DNA of 64,000 nucleotides from an uncultured Acidobacteriota bacterium (GCA_964651155.1 CAZYXB010000007.1:40273-104272); one strand, 5' to 3'. Shown: positions 8,852-18,733, counted from the stretch's first letter. Numbers and translations: made by a program. Notes: a model not told the origin generated them from the letters alone.

Positions 8852-10018
8852 GTGAAACACTCCATCATTATTCATTATCATGAAATAAACCTTAAAGGAA
8901 ACAATCGGGGCTGGTTCGAAGCACACCTGCAAAACCACATCACCGCCACGCTGAAGGGATTGCCCTACGGCAAGGTGCGCAAGATCGCCGGGCGTATGCT
9001 TGTGGAACTTCTGCCTGATTCTCCGACCGATGCCATTCTGGGACGACTCTCCGGAGTTTTCGGCATCGCCAATTTCGTTGTCGCACGGGAAGTGGAAGCC
9101 TCTATCGAAGCTATAGAATCTGGCCTCGAAACCTTCTTCCAGGACCATTTTGAGTCGTTCAAAATGGACGCCCGTCGTGGGACCAAAAACTTTCCTCTGA
9201 ATTCCCAGCAGATCAATGAACGGCTCGGCGCATTCGTGCAGGAGAGGACGGGGGCTGCCGTTCGCCTGTCGAATCCGGATCGGACATTTTTCGTTGAAAT
9301 CGTGGAAAACCGCGCCTTTCTATACCTGGACAGAATACCGGGCGCGGGAGGCCTCCCCTATGGAACCGGGGGAAAGGCTCTCTGCCTGCTATCGGGAGGC
9401 ATCGACTCGCCGGTAGCGGCCTTCAGGCTCATGCGCCGGGGATGTAGGGTTCAGTATGTGCATTTTCACAGTTTTCCGCACACGACCGTTGAGTCACAGG
9501 ACAAGGTCCGCAGCCTTCTCCGCATTCTGTCGCAATTTCAACTGCAATCGAGGCTTTTTATGGTTCCATTCGCGGCTGTTCAGAAGGATATTGTCGCCTA
9601 TGCCCCGCCGCGGCTGCGCGTTGTCCTCTACCGCCGGTTCATGCTGCGCATCGCACAGTCGATCGCCCGTAGAGAAAGGGCCAACGCACTGGTTACGGGC
9701 GACAGCCTCGGCCAGGTGGCCAGCCAGACACTGGAAAACATCCGGACCATTTCCAGCGTGGTTTCCATGCCGGTTTTCCGCCCCCTGATCGGTTCCGACA
9801 AGGAAGAAATCATTCAGACCGCCAGAAAAATCGGCACCTATGAGACCAGTATCCTTGCCGACGAAGACTGCTGCTCCCTTTTCGTTCCACGACACCCGGA
9901 AACGATGACGGAATTGCACCAGGCCGAAGAGGCTGAAGCCGGGCTGGATGTCCCCGGACTCGTCCAATCCTGTCTCGATCAAATGACCCATGAAACAATG
10001 TACCCCGAGTATGCGTGA
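8852..10018 (+). CDS. thiI: tRNA 4-thiouridine synthase (THUMP + PP-loop, no rhodanese domain)
   Basis: HYHEINLKGNNR, THUMP region, LLSGGIDSPVA, TGDSLGQVASQTLEN, FRPLIGSDKEEI, EDCC; GTG start at 8852 chosen for the family N-terminus. Confidence 0.92.
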   Translation: MKHSIIIHYHEINLKGNNRGWFEAHLQNHITATLKGLPYGKVRKIAGRMLVELLPDSPTDAILGRLSGVFGIANFVVAREVEASIEAIESGLETFFQDHFESFKMDARRGTKNFPLNSQQINERLGAFVQERTGAAVRLSNPDRTFFVEIVENRAFLYLDRIPGAGGLPYGTGGKALCLLSGGIDSPVAAFRLMRRGCRVQYVHFHSFPHTTVESQDKVRSLLRILSQFQLQSRLFMVPFAAVQKDIVAYAPPRLRVVLYRRFMLRIAQSIARRERANALVTGDSLGQVASQTLENIRTISSVVSMPVFRPLIGSDKEEIIQTARKIGTYETSILADEDCCSLFVPRHPETMTELHQAEEAEAGLDVPGLVQSCLDQMTHETMYPEYA

Positions 10019-10554
10019 CACATATGCATGGTGATCGTTTCGAGAAAAACAGGATAGAGCTGGCCCGGGGCGATATAACGCTTCTTGATGTTGACATCAT
10101 CGTCAACGCCGCCAATACCAGTCTTCTGGGCGGCGGTGGCGTCGACGGCGCCATCCACCGCGCCGCAGGCCCCCGCCTTCTGGACGAATGCCGCAGACTC
10201 GGCGGATGCCCGACCGGCGGAGCCAAAGTCACCGGTGGCCATGATCTCAACGCCCGATGGATTATCCACACCGTAGGCCCGGTCTGGCGCGGCGGCAGCC
10301 ACAACGAGGATGCGTTGCTGGCGGAATGCTACAGTAACTGCCTGGAACTAGCTCGCTCACTGCAGGCAGAATCCATCGCCTTCCCATCCATCAGCACGGG
10401 CGCGTACCGGTTCCCCATCGACAGGGCATCCACGATCGCGGTCCGGGAAATAACGCACTTCCTGAAGCAGAATTACTTCCCTAGAAAAACCATTGTGGTC
10501 TGTTTCGATATGCCCACCTACCGGCTGTATCATCGGCTGACCGACACCCCGTAA
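10015..10554 (+). CDS. macrodomain O-acetyl-ADP-ribose deacetylase (YmdB/MacroD-like)
   Basis: GDIT, IVNAANTSLLGGGGVDGAIH, IHTVGPVW, AFPSISTGAYRFP; GTG overlaps the thiI TGA. Confidence 0.92.
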   Translation: MTHMHGDRFEKNRIELARGDITLLDVDIIVNAANTSLLGGGGVDGAIHRAAGPRLLDECRRLGGCPTGGAKVTGGHDLNARWIIHTVGPVWRGGSHNEDALLAECYSNCLELARSLQAESIAFPSISTGAYRFPIDRASTIAVREITHFLKQNYFPRKTIVVCFDMPTYRLYHRLTDTP

Positions 10555-10639
10555 ACGGTTGCCGCCGCCGATCTTTATTCAATGTCACCCAGGACAGTTG
10601 CGGGTAACAGAGCCGCGTTGGCCATTGCCGAAATGATTC

Positions 10640-10667
10640 TTGACAATCTCTATCGTATTAATAGAGT
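10640..10667 (+). promoter_or_regulatory. putative promoter of the met operon within a palindromic operator candidate
   Basis: TTGACA 10640-10645, 16 nt, TAGAGT 10662-10667; CTCTAT-N7-ATAGAG inverted repeat at 10648-10666. Confidence 0.55.
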
Positions 10668-10787
10668 ATTCTGTTGTCAATGCAGTTTCCATAAGGAAAA
10701 GGGCCTGAGAGGCGCGTATCCGGAGATACGGGCCTGAGCTCGTAGGTGCTTAGCCTGCACCTTCATCGGAAAGGAACGGTGCATCAC

Positions 10788-12095
10788 ATGAGTAGCGGGA
10801 GACCAAAATACCGTCTGGCCACACTAGCCCTGCATGCCGGCCAGGAGCCGGATACGGCGACGAACGCGCGTGCAGTTCCAATCTATGCCACTACGAGCTA
10901 CCTGTTTCATAACACGGAGCATGCGGCGGATCTATTCGCTCTCAAGGAGTTCGGCAACATCTATTCGAGACTGAACAACCCGACAAATGATGTTCTTGAA
11001 AAACGGCTGGCGGCCTTGGACGGGGGCATCGGGGCTCTTGCCTTCGCAAGCGGGCAGGCGGCCATTACAGCTGCTCTGCTGACCATTACCCGGGCCGGCC
11101 AGAACTTCATTTCCTCTACCAGCCTCTACGGGGGCACCTATACCCTGTTTGCCCAGACGATGAAAAAGTTCGGCATAGAAGCCCGCTTCTTCAACCCGGA
11201 TCATCCGGAGCGGATCCTGCAGCTGGCAGACGACAATACGCGCGCCGTGTACTTGGAGTCGGTCGGAAACCCCAAAAACGACGTTCCGGATTTTCATAAA
11301 ATTGCGGAACTGGCCCATGGCTTGGGCCTACCCGTAATCGTGGACAATACGGTGCTAACCCCTGCTCTTTTCAGGCCAATCGAGCATGGCATCGATATCG
11401 TCCTGTATTCGACAACCAAGTTCATAGGCGGGCACGGCCTTCATGTTGGCGGGGCAGTCGTTGACAGCGGCAACTTCCGCTGGGAGGACAACCCGAGGAA
11501 ATGGCCGGAATTCACCACGCCGGATGAAGCCTATCACGGGATGGTTTTCACCGAAGCCCTGAAGCCTCACGGGAATCTTTCCTACATCATGCATATGCGC
11601 ACCCATTGGCTGCGGGATACCGGGGCCTGCCAGAGCCCGTTTGGATCCTTTCTGTTCCTTCTGGGCATCGAAACGCTTCCGATTCGCATGCAACAGCATA
11701 CCCGGAATGCACTTGAACTGGCGAAGTGGCTCGAGCAGCACCCTGCCGTGGCATGGGTGAATTACCCGGGGCTGGAAAGTCACAAGCATTACGCGCTTGC
11801 GCGGCGCTATCTGCACGACGGCGCCGGCGCCATCCTCGGATTCGGCATCCACGGGGGACGCAAAGCAGGCGTCCGATTTATCGACAACGTGTCTCTGGCC
11901 AGCCACCTGGCCAACATCGGAGATGCCAAAACCCTGGTGATTCAACCCGCGTCAACGACCCATTCCCAATTGACCGCCGAAGAACAAGAGGCGGCAGGCG
12001 TATCCGAGGAATACATCCGCGTGTCGGTCGGCATAGAGGATATCGCCGATATCGAGGAAGATTTCGACCGGGCGCTGCGCCTGTCCCAAGGATAG
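10788..12095 (+). CDS. metY: O-acetylhomoserine sulfhydrylase (PLP, Cys/Met metabolism family)
   Basis: ARAVPIYATTSY, GNIYSRLNNPT, SGQAA, IVDNT, YSTTKFIGGHG (PLP Lys), LANIGDAKTLVIQPASTTH, RVSVGIED. Confidence 0.95.
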   Translation: MSSGRPKYRLATLALHAGQEPDTATNARAVPIYATTSYLFHNTEHAADLFALKEFGNIYSRLNNPTNDVLEKRLAALDGGIGALAFASGQAAITAALLTITRAGQNFISSTSLYGGTYTLFAQTMKKFGIEARFFNPDHPERILQLADDNTRAVYLESVGNPKNDVPDFHKIAELAHGLGLPVIVDNTVLTPALFRPIEHGIDIVLYSTTKFIGGHGLHVGGAVVDSGNFRWEDNPRKWPEFTTPDEAYHGMVFTEALKPHGNLSYIMHMRTHWLRDTGACQSPFGSFLFLLGIETLPIRMQQHTRNALELAKWLEQHPAVAWVNYPGLESHKHYALARRYLHDGAGAILGFGIHGGRKAGVRFIDNVSLASHLANIGDAKTLVIQPASTTHSQLTAEEQEAAGVSEEYIRVSVGIEDIADIEEDFDRALRLSQG

Positions 12096-12147
12096 ACTTT
12101 CGGAACCGATCGGCTGGACGCCGGGTCCGCAGAACGGAGGAAGGGTA

Positions 12148-13956
12148 ATGAAATTCTTTCAAAGCAGTGACAGCCTGCGTTCGGCGCAACCACTGAAGCA
12201 TCTTCAATCCATTGATTTCAGTGAACCGCTCGACCTTGAACTGGGGGGCCGCATCCCACACGTCACCGTGGCCTATGAAACCTATGGGAGCCTGAACGAG
12301 GCGCGGAACAATGCCGTGCTGATCTGCCATGCGTTGAGCGGGGACTCCCATGTAGCCCGCCACGACCCGGAGGATGATCCCGGCTGGTGGGACATAGTCG
12401 TAGGGCCGGAGAAACCCATAGATACCAACACATACTTCGTGATATGCCCGAACGCCCTGGGGGGCTGCAGGGGGACGACCGGGCCGCACAGCCTGAATTC
12501 CAGAACCGGGAAAAGGTATGGTGCCGATTTTCCGACAATCACGGCCAAAGACATTGTACGCGTACAGAAGATGCTCATGGACCATCTCGGGATCGATCGC
12601 CTGATTGCTGTCGTCGGCGGATCCGTGGGCGGACAGCAGGTACTGACATGGGCGACGTCCTATCCCGATTGTGTAGCGGGCGCGGTCGCCATCGCCACCA
12701 GCGCCAAACTGACGACCCAGGCACTGGCCTTCGATATCGTGGGACGCAACGCAATCCGCCGCGACGTCAATTTCAACGAAGGCGAATACCTTGATAAAGG
12801 CACCATCCCGGCCGATGGCCTGGCACTGGCGCGCATGCTGGGCCACATTACGTACCTGTCGCCGGAATCGATGCGGGAGAAGTTCGAGGCGGATCGCCTC
12901 GAACCTCACGCGGTGGAGACGGAGTTCGAGAAAAAATTCAGCGTCGGTTCCTACCTGGCCTACCAGGGTGGGAAATTCGTAGAGCGTTTCGACGCCAACA
13001 GCTACATCAAACTGACTCTGGCCATGGACCTGTTCAACCTTGGAAACACCGAGGATGAGCTCGCCCGAAATCTGGGCCGTTCCTCCTGCCGCTGGATTGT
13101 CATCAGTTTTACCAGCGACTGGCTGTTCCCCCCGGAACAGTCCCGGGAAATTACCGATACCCTGATCCGCCTGGGGAAATCGGTCAGCTACTGCAATATT
13201 GTCAGCAGTTGCGGCCACGACGCATTTCTCCTACAGGACGATCTGCCGGTATACGGGGAGCTCCTCCGCTCCTTTCTGGACAATGTCCGCAACGGTGCCC
13301 CGAAATGCACTGAAGATGATGATTTTTACGTACATGCCCCCACCAGCACCCTCGGGGCGATCCACCGGCCGCGCCTGGACAACGAGCAGATCGTCCGCCT
13401 CATAGGCCCCGAATTCAGCGTTCTGGATCTCGGCTGCGGGCGTGGAGGCCTGCTGGCAAAGCTGCTTAAGAACGGCAACCGGAAACTGATGGGATTGGAA
13501 CTCAATGAAGAATCCGTCCTCTATTGCATCGAAAGGGGGCTCGACGTGGTGCAGGCGGATTTGAACTCCGGGCTCCATGCTTTCGCCGACGGGCAGTTCG
13601 ATTACACCGTGCTTTCGCATACCCTGCAGGCGGTCCGCGATGTGGATCACCTCATCATGGAAATGCTCCGCGTCAGCCAAAAATCGATCGTGAGTTTTCC
13701 CAATTTTGCATACTACAAGCTGCGCAGGATGCTTGCCGAGGAGGGACGGGCGCCCCGGTCCACGAATCTTCTTCGGTACGAATGGTACAACTCCCCCAAT
13801 ATCCGCTTTTTTTCCATAGTGGATTTTGAGGATTTCTGCAGGGATCGGAATATCCGGATTCACGAATGCATCGCCCTGGATACGGAGGAGGAACGTATCG
13901 TGGCGGAAAATCCAAACCTGATGGCGGATATGGTGATCTTCGTTATCAGTCGCTGA
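12148..13956 (+). CDS. metX: homoserine O-acyltransferase MetX fused to a C-terminal MetW-like methyltransferase domain
   Basis: LICHALSGDSH, GGCRGTTGP, GGSVGG nucleophile, FDANSY, GHDAFLL; then VLDLGCGRG, LSHTLQAV, IVSFPNFAY, YEWYNSPNIRF typical of MetW. Confidence 0.93.
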   Translation: MKFFQSSDSLRSAQPLKHLQSIDFSEPLDLELGGRIPHVTVAYETYGSLNEARNNAVLICHALSGDSHVARHDPEDDPGWWDIVVGPEKPIDTNTYFVICPNALGGCRGTTGPHSLNSRTGKRYGADFPTITAKDIVRVQKMLMDHLGIDRLIAVVGGSVGGQQVLTWATSYPDCVAGAVAIATSAKLTTQALAFDIVGRNAIRRDVNFNEGEYLDKGTIPADGLALARMLGHITYLSPESMREKFEADRLEPHAVETEFEKKFSVGSYLAYQGGKFVERFDANSYIKLTLAMDLFNLGNTEDELARNLGRSSCRWIVISFTSDWLFPPEQSREITDTLIRLGKSVSYCNIVSSCGHDAFLLQDDLPVYGELLRSFLDNVRNGAPKCTEDDDFYVHAPTSTLGAIHRPRLDNEQIVRLIGPEFSVLDLGCGRGGLLAKLLKNGNRKLMGLELNEESVLYCIERGLDVVQADLNSGLHAFADGQFDYTVLSHTLQAVRDVDHLIMEMLRVSQKSIVSFPNFAYYKLRRMLAEEGRAPRSTNLLRYEWYNSPNIRFFSIVDFEDFCRDRNIRIHECIALDTEEERIVAENPNLMADMVIFVISR

Positions 13957-13992
13957 CGGCAACAACCCGAGGCGACAGTACCCCTGTTCTTT

Positions 13993-14712
13993 TCAGCCCA
14001 GGTTCTGTTCCGCGAAATCCCAGTTCACCAGAGAATCGAGGAAAGCCTTTATGTAATCCGAACGGCGGTTCTGGTAATCGAGATAGTACGCATGTTCCCA
14101 TACGTCGATCGTGATCAGGGGCTTTTTGCCCGAGGTCAGGGGCATATCCGCATTGGACGTTTGCATGATTTTCAGCGCGTCCCCGTCGCATACCAGCCAG
14201 GCCCAGCCGCTGCCGAACTGAGTCGCTGCCGCACGCGTGAACTCCTCCACAAACGTTCCGTAATCACCGAAGGACTGCCGGATTTTCCCGGCGATCCGTC
14301 CGCTTGGAACTCCGCCGCCCCCCGGTTTCATGCTGTTCCAATAAAAGGTGTGGTTGTAGACCTGCGCTGCGTTATTGAACAGGGAGGCCTTGTCCGGCTT
14401 TCCAGCGGTTCGTTCAATTACAGTCTCAAGCGGTGCCCCTTCAAATTCCGTCCCCGCGATCAACCGAACCGTGTTGTCGACGTAGGCGCGGTGGTGCTTC
14501 CCGTAGTGGAATGAAATCGTATTTTGGGAAATATGCGGCGCCAGTGCGTTTTCAGCGTACGGCAGGTCTGGAAGCCGGACATCCGTTCCGGCTTCCGCCG
14601 ATGCGAACAGGGCGGAACGCTTGCCCAGCATCATGGTAAACGACACGCCTGCGACGCCGATACCCGCCAGGAAATCGCGGCGCCCCAGCGGGGAGATCCG
14701 TTCTCCGGTCAT
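13993..14712 (-). CDS. sodB: Fe-type superoxide dismutase with Tat signal peptide
   Basis: GRRDFL + hydrophobic stretch; [31 protein letters not shown] (Fe-type), [16 protein letters not shown]. Confidence 0.93.
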   Translation of the reverse strand: MTGERISPLGRRDFLAGIGVAGVSFTMMLGKRSALFASAEAGTDVRLPDLPYAENALAPHISQNTISFHYGKHHRAYVDNTVRLIAGTEFEGAPLETVIERTAGKPDKASLFNNAAQVYNHTFYWNSMKPGGGGVPSGRIAGKIRQSFGDYGTFVEEFTRAAATQFGSGWAWLVCDGDALKIMQTSNADMPLTSGKKPLITIDVWEHAYYLDYQNRRSDYIKAFLDSLVNWDFAEQNLG

Positions 14713-14910
14713 GGGAAGATCCTCCTTGAAATGTTCTTGTTCCCTTCGGCGGCATTCCGATGCGCATCCTTATCCCGTCCCGGGATCCGAAGGCCAAACA
14801 ACCGACTTCGATTGAAGCATAAACCGTGGGCTTGGCAAATGAAAATAGTGAAAATACGGCCGCGGGCCGGACTCCAGGCGCTGTCTCCGGCGATTGGCCG
14901 GCAGTGCAAC

Positions 14911-17457
14911 CTAGGGTTTCTCCATCACCGCAAGGGTTGTTGTTCCCCGCAATACAATCTCTGCCGAGGACCTGCCGACAAGAATGTCCCGCTCTCCCTC
15001 TTCGACCCGCCAATCCTTGTTCTGCACGTCGTAATAGCAGAACGCGCGCCTGTCCAGGCAGATGGACACGGTTTGCCGTTCCCCGGGGCCCAGGGCGATT
15101 TTCTTGAAGCCTTTCAGCTCCTTGGGCGGCCGCGGCAGGGCTCCCACGCCCCTAGATCCCACATAGAGCTGCGCCACGTCCGAACCGGCGCGTTTCCCCG
15201 TATTCTCCACGGTGAACGTTACCAGAAATCCGGAGCTCCCGCCCGGGGCCTCCCCCGGAGCCAGCGGCTCGATGTTGAGATCGCTGTATTGGAATTCGGT
15301 ATAGGACAGTCCGAACCCGAAAGGAAACAGGGGCGCCACGTTTTTGCCTTCATACCCCCGATACCCGACAAGGATCCCCTCAACGTAGGGCACATCGTCG
15401 GTGTCCGGCTGCGGGTAATAACTTTCACAGGTCGGATTGTCTTCCCACCTGCTTTCCAGCGTGACAGGTAGTCTCCCCGACGGGTTCGTGTCTCCGAGAA
15501 GGATCTCCGACAGGGCGCTGCCCCCCTGCTGCCCGGGATACCAGGCAGCGAGGACTGCCGGAACCCTATCGAGCCATCTCCGCATATCCACGCCGCCGCC
15601 CGAAACGATAACGACAATGGTGCGGCTGTTTGCCGCAGCCATCTCCCCGATCAGTGCGTCCTGTCCCAGAGGCAGCCCGAAAGTGCGGTCCCCGCTTTCA
15701 CTTTCGGTTTCCGGATCGTAGCCCACGGCGACCACGACGGCATCCGCCTTTTCGGCCAATCCAACGGCATCAGGATCCACAAGGTTTTCCGTCGGCGCAA
15801 TTCCCAATCGCAATTTCCCCCCGGTGAACCCTTCCCCGCGTCGAACGAGCTCCAGCACTATCTTGTGGGGGCCCGCGGAGAGAAACGCACGTGTTGTATC
15901 GAGCAGGGCCCTGGAAAACTTCCAGGCGTCCACAACCGGACTGTCGTCCAGATACAGGCGATAGCCTATTCTTTCCCCCGGTATCTGGACGAAGATGTCG
16001 TACGTTCCCGCTACGGGCGGCGTGTAGTATCCCGTCCAACGGGTCGAGCTGAAGGGTTCCGGTATCGCGGCTGCCTTTTCTCCTGCGCCGACATGTCTTT
16101 CGATGCACGTGAGCACGGGATCTCCCGCAAGCTGCATATTGTTGAACATTTCGAGGTGCATGCCTGTCGCTGCCCCGTCCGGAGACGTCCGCCATGGCGT
16201 TGCATCGGCGATGGCGGCCAAACTCGGGATGCCGGGGTGATAATGCACGTCGGCGTATCCGTGCAAAGCATTGCTCAGGCCTTCCATAAAACCGACGGCA
16301 TTGAAAGGCTCCACACGGGCGCTGCCGCCGCCTGCTGCTTGGGCAGGATGGGCATTCGGGCCTATAACGGCAATGGTTCGGAGAGCCTCCTTCCGCAGAG
16401 GCAGCAGCCCGCCTTCGTTCTTCAACAAGACCATTGAGTTGCGGGCGGCCTCGAGGGCGGCATCTGCGCCGTCTCTGCTGTAGCGTGGAACGCCCAGGTC
16501 TTTCTGGTCGCGATCCAGCCACCCGAAACGAACAGCGGTGCGTAGAATGCGTGCGACCTTGTCGTCGATTGTTTTGGTTGAAACCGTTTCCTCGGCAATC
16601 GCCTGAAGAAGAACATACCGGTTCATGGCAACGGCTGAAGGCATTTCCAGATCGAGGCCTCCGTTGGCCGCCTCCACCCCGTCGTAGGTTGAAGTCCAAT
16701 CCGACATGACAATGCCGTCAAAGCCCCATTCCTTTTTTAGGATATCGTTTATCAAAGGACCGTTCTGGGACATGTACCGTCCATTAACCAGATTGTAGGA
16801 GGTCATGACGGCTCCGACACGGGCGTCCCGGATGGCCATCTCGAAAGCAGGCAGATACATCTCCCGCAGAGTCCTCTGGTCGATTAGGGCATTGCTCCTC
16901 CTGCGGTCGAATTCGGAGTTGTTTCCTGCGTAATGCTTTACGGTCGCACAGACACCCTGTCCTTGCACCCCCCTGATAAAGCCGGCCGCAATAGCACCCG
17001 CGAGAAAGGGATCTTCCCCCAAGTATTCGAAATTCCTGCCATTCATGGCCGCGCGGTAGATGTTCACGCCCGGTCCCAAAAGAAAATGTACCCCTTTCGC
17101 GCGTGCGTCCCTGCCGATAGCGGCGCCAACACGTTCGGCCAGTGCAGTATCCCAGGAAGCGGCCAGCGCAATCCCGGCTGCCATGGCCGTCGACGGGCCA
17201 TAGTTTCGAACGCCGAGCGGGCCGTCCGCCATTTTGAAACGGGGGATTCCCAGCCTCGAAATCGAGCGGATGTCAAACCGATCCACTCCCCCCAGATACT
17301 CGATCTTCTCCTGCAGTGTCATCTGTTCCAGGATGGATGCAACCCTGCGCTCGATATCGTCCGATTCGGCAGGGTCGGGAGTTTGCGCTGTTGACGACAG
17401 CGTCAGACCAAACAAAAGCATCGACACCAGAACCAGTAGGCAGAGCACTATCGACAT
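14911..17457 (-). CDS. exported GH3 beta-glucosidase with PA14 insert and Fn3-like C-terminus
   Basis: Signal peptide; MADGPLGVR, RNFEYLGEDP, KHYAGN, VMSDW (nucleophile Asp), SMVLLKN, ESESGDR, PFGFGLSYT, ELKGFKKI; AGGAG RBS before ATG 17457. Confidence 0.92.
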   Translation of the reverse strand: MSIVLCLLVLVSMLLFGLTLSSTAQTPDPAESDDIERRVASILEQMTLQEKIEYLGGVDRFDIRSISRLGIPRFKMADGPLGVRNYGPSTAMAAGIALAASWDTALAERVGAAIGRDARAKGVHFLLGPGVNIYRAAMNGRNFEYLGEDPFLAGAIAAGFIRGVQGQGVCATVKHYAGNNSEFDRRRSNALIDQRTLREMYLPAFEMAIRDARVGAVMTSYNLVNGRYMSQNGPLINDILKKEWGFDGIVMSDWTSTYDGVEAANGGLDLEMPSAVAMNRYVLLQAIAEETVSTKTIDDKVARILRTAVRFGWLDRDQKDLGVPRYSRDGADAALEAARNSMVLLKNEGGLLPLRKEALRTIAVIGPNAHPAQAAGGGSARVEPFNAVGFMEGLSNALHGYADVHYHPGIPSLAAIADATPWRTSPDGAATGMHLEMFNNMQLAGDPVLTCIERHVGAGEKAAAIPEPFSSTRWTGYYTPPVAGTYDIFVQIPGERIGYRLYLDDSPVVDAWKFSRALLDTTRAFLSAGPHKIVLELVRRGEGFTGGKLRLGIAPTENLVDPDAVGLAEKADAVVVAVGYDPETESESGDRTFGLPLGQDALIGEMAAANSRTIVVIVSGGGVDMRRWLDRVPAVLAAWYPGQQGGSALSEILLGDTNPSGRLPVTLESRWEDNPTCESYYPQPDTDDVPYVEGILVGYRGYEGKNVAPLFPFGFGLSYTEFQYSDLNIEPLAPGEAPGGSSGFLVTFTVENTGKRAGSDVAQLYVGSRGVGALPRPPKELKGFKKIALGPGERQTVSICLDRRAFCYYDVQNKDWRVEEGERDILVGRSSAEIVLRGTTTLAVMEKP

Positions 17458-17699
17458 GAACTTCTCCTGGGTAATGCCCGAGGCCTGTACCTCTTGTTGC
17501 GGGCTTGTATCCAATTGTCGCTTCCAGAGCGACCCGTCTCCATGAACTACCGGTCCAAAATATACTATGTGTCACCCTGCTGGCAACAGCATATCCGGCG
17601 TGTTTCCCACGAAGCTCAAGCCAGAAGGCGCTGTGGCCCGTTCATTCCTGCGAACTCCAGGCACGCAGTGCCGCACCTGAAGCTCGGAATTCCGGCTGC

Positions 17700-18470
17700 T
17701 CACTCGATCCTGAAATGAAGTCTGATCGTTGCGATAACCTGTATGGGTTCCCCGTTTTGAATGGTTGGCGTGAACTTCCAGCGCGTCACCGCTTCCACCG
17801 CGGCGTCGCGCAGCAAGGGATGTCCTTCCGTAACGGTGACTCCGGCGACATTGCCCCCTTCGTCGATAAGCGCCTCAAGATGCACAATGCCGGAGACGTG
17901 CATGCGCCGGGCCAGCTCCGGATAGATCGGCGGAATGCGCAAGAGCACTTTCGACGTTTTGAGTACACCAACCCGCAAGGGCGCGTTCCGAACGACAGGA
18001 TCGGGAATCGGGGGCGGAGGAATCAGCGTGGGCAGATTTCGGACCCAATCGGCGACCGGGATGCCGATTCCGGACGCCGGTCCTATCCCGCCCGATCCGT
18101 GTCCGCCCGAAGCGCCGCCCCATAGTGGATAATCGTCCGAAGGAGGCGGAACAAGCCTGGGGATCGCATCCGGCATCGTCATTTCCCCGGTCGGGATTCT
18201 GGCATGAGCGCCGGAGACGACGTCTCCCGCGGAAACGTCGGGACCAGGACGCGAGGGGCCCGGGGGGGGAGACGGAATCACGGGAACTGGGGTCCAGACC
18301 GGCGCAAACAGAAACGTTAGCACATCCTGGCGCGGGACATTCTGCATCACCAACATCGGGACGCAGGCGACGAGAAACGCCAGAGCGGCGTGAGCGGCAA
18401 GAGACGTTGCCAGGGATGCGCAACGTGCCATCGGGTTCCACGCAGTATCTTTGCTGATCGTATCGAACAT
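17700..18470 (-). CDS. TonB-family protein (TM anchor, Pro-rich linker, TonB C-terminal domain)
   Basis: N-terminal TM, PPPP linker, P.YPELARRMHVSG.V.L..LIDEGG.V, AVEAVTRWKFTPT..NG; GGAGG RBS. Confidence 0.8.
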   Translation of the reverse strand: MFDTISKDTAWNPMARCASLATSLAAHAALAFLVACVPMLVMQNVPRQDVLTFLFAPVWTPVPVIPSPPPGPSRPGPDVSAGDVVSGAHARIPTGEMTMPDAIPRLVPPPSDDYPLWGGASGGHGSGGIGPASGIGIPVADWVRNLPTLIPPPPIPDPVVRNAPLRVGVLKTSKVLLRIPPIYPELARRMHVSGIVHLEALIDEGGNVAGVTVTEGHPLLRDAAVEAVTRWKFTPTIQNGEPIQVIATIRLHFRIE

Positions 18471-18733
18471 AGACACCTCCCCGCAGATTTCTGCCGTAAG
18501 CAGCATTGTTCATTTCCGAATAACGTTTTGAAAATCTATCGGTTGCAGGCGCCCGCCGGGTTGTACCGTTATTGCGCTTCTGCTGTCTTGGACACTATCA
18601 GGGGGAATTTGTTCCCGGCAGGGAGCGGCGCCCCTGCTGAATTCCGCATTGCGGCAGTCTGGGAATCCGGGGCATGGTCCGGAGGATCCCGCGATCGGCG
18701 CGGTAGATGGCCCACGGAGGTTTCAGGCGGGGT

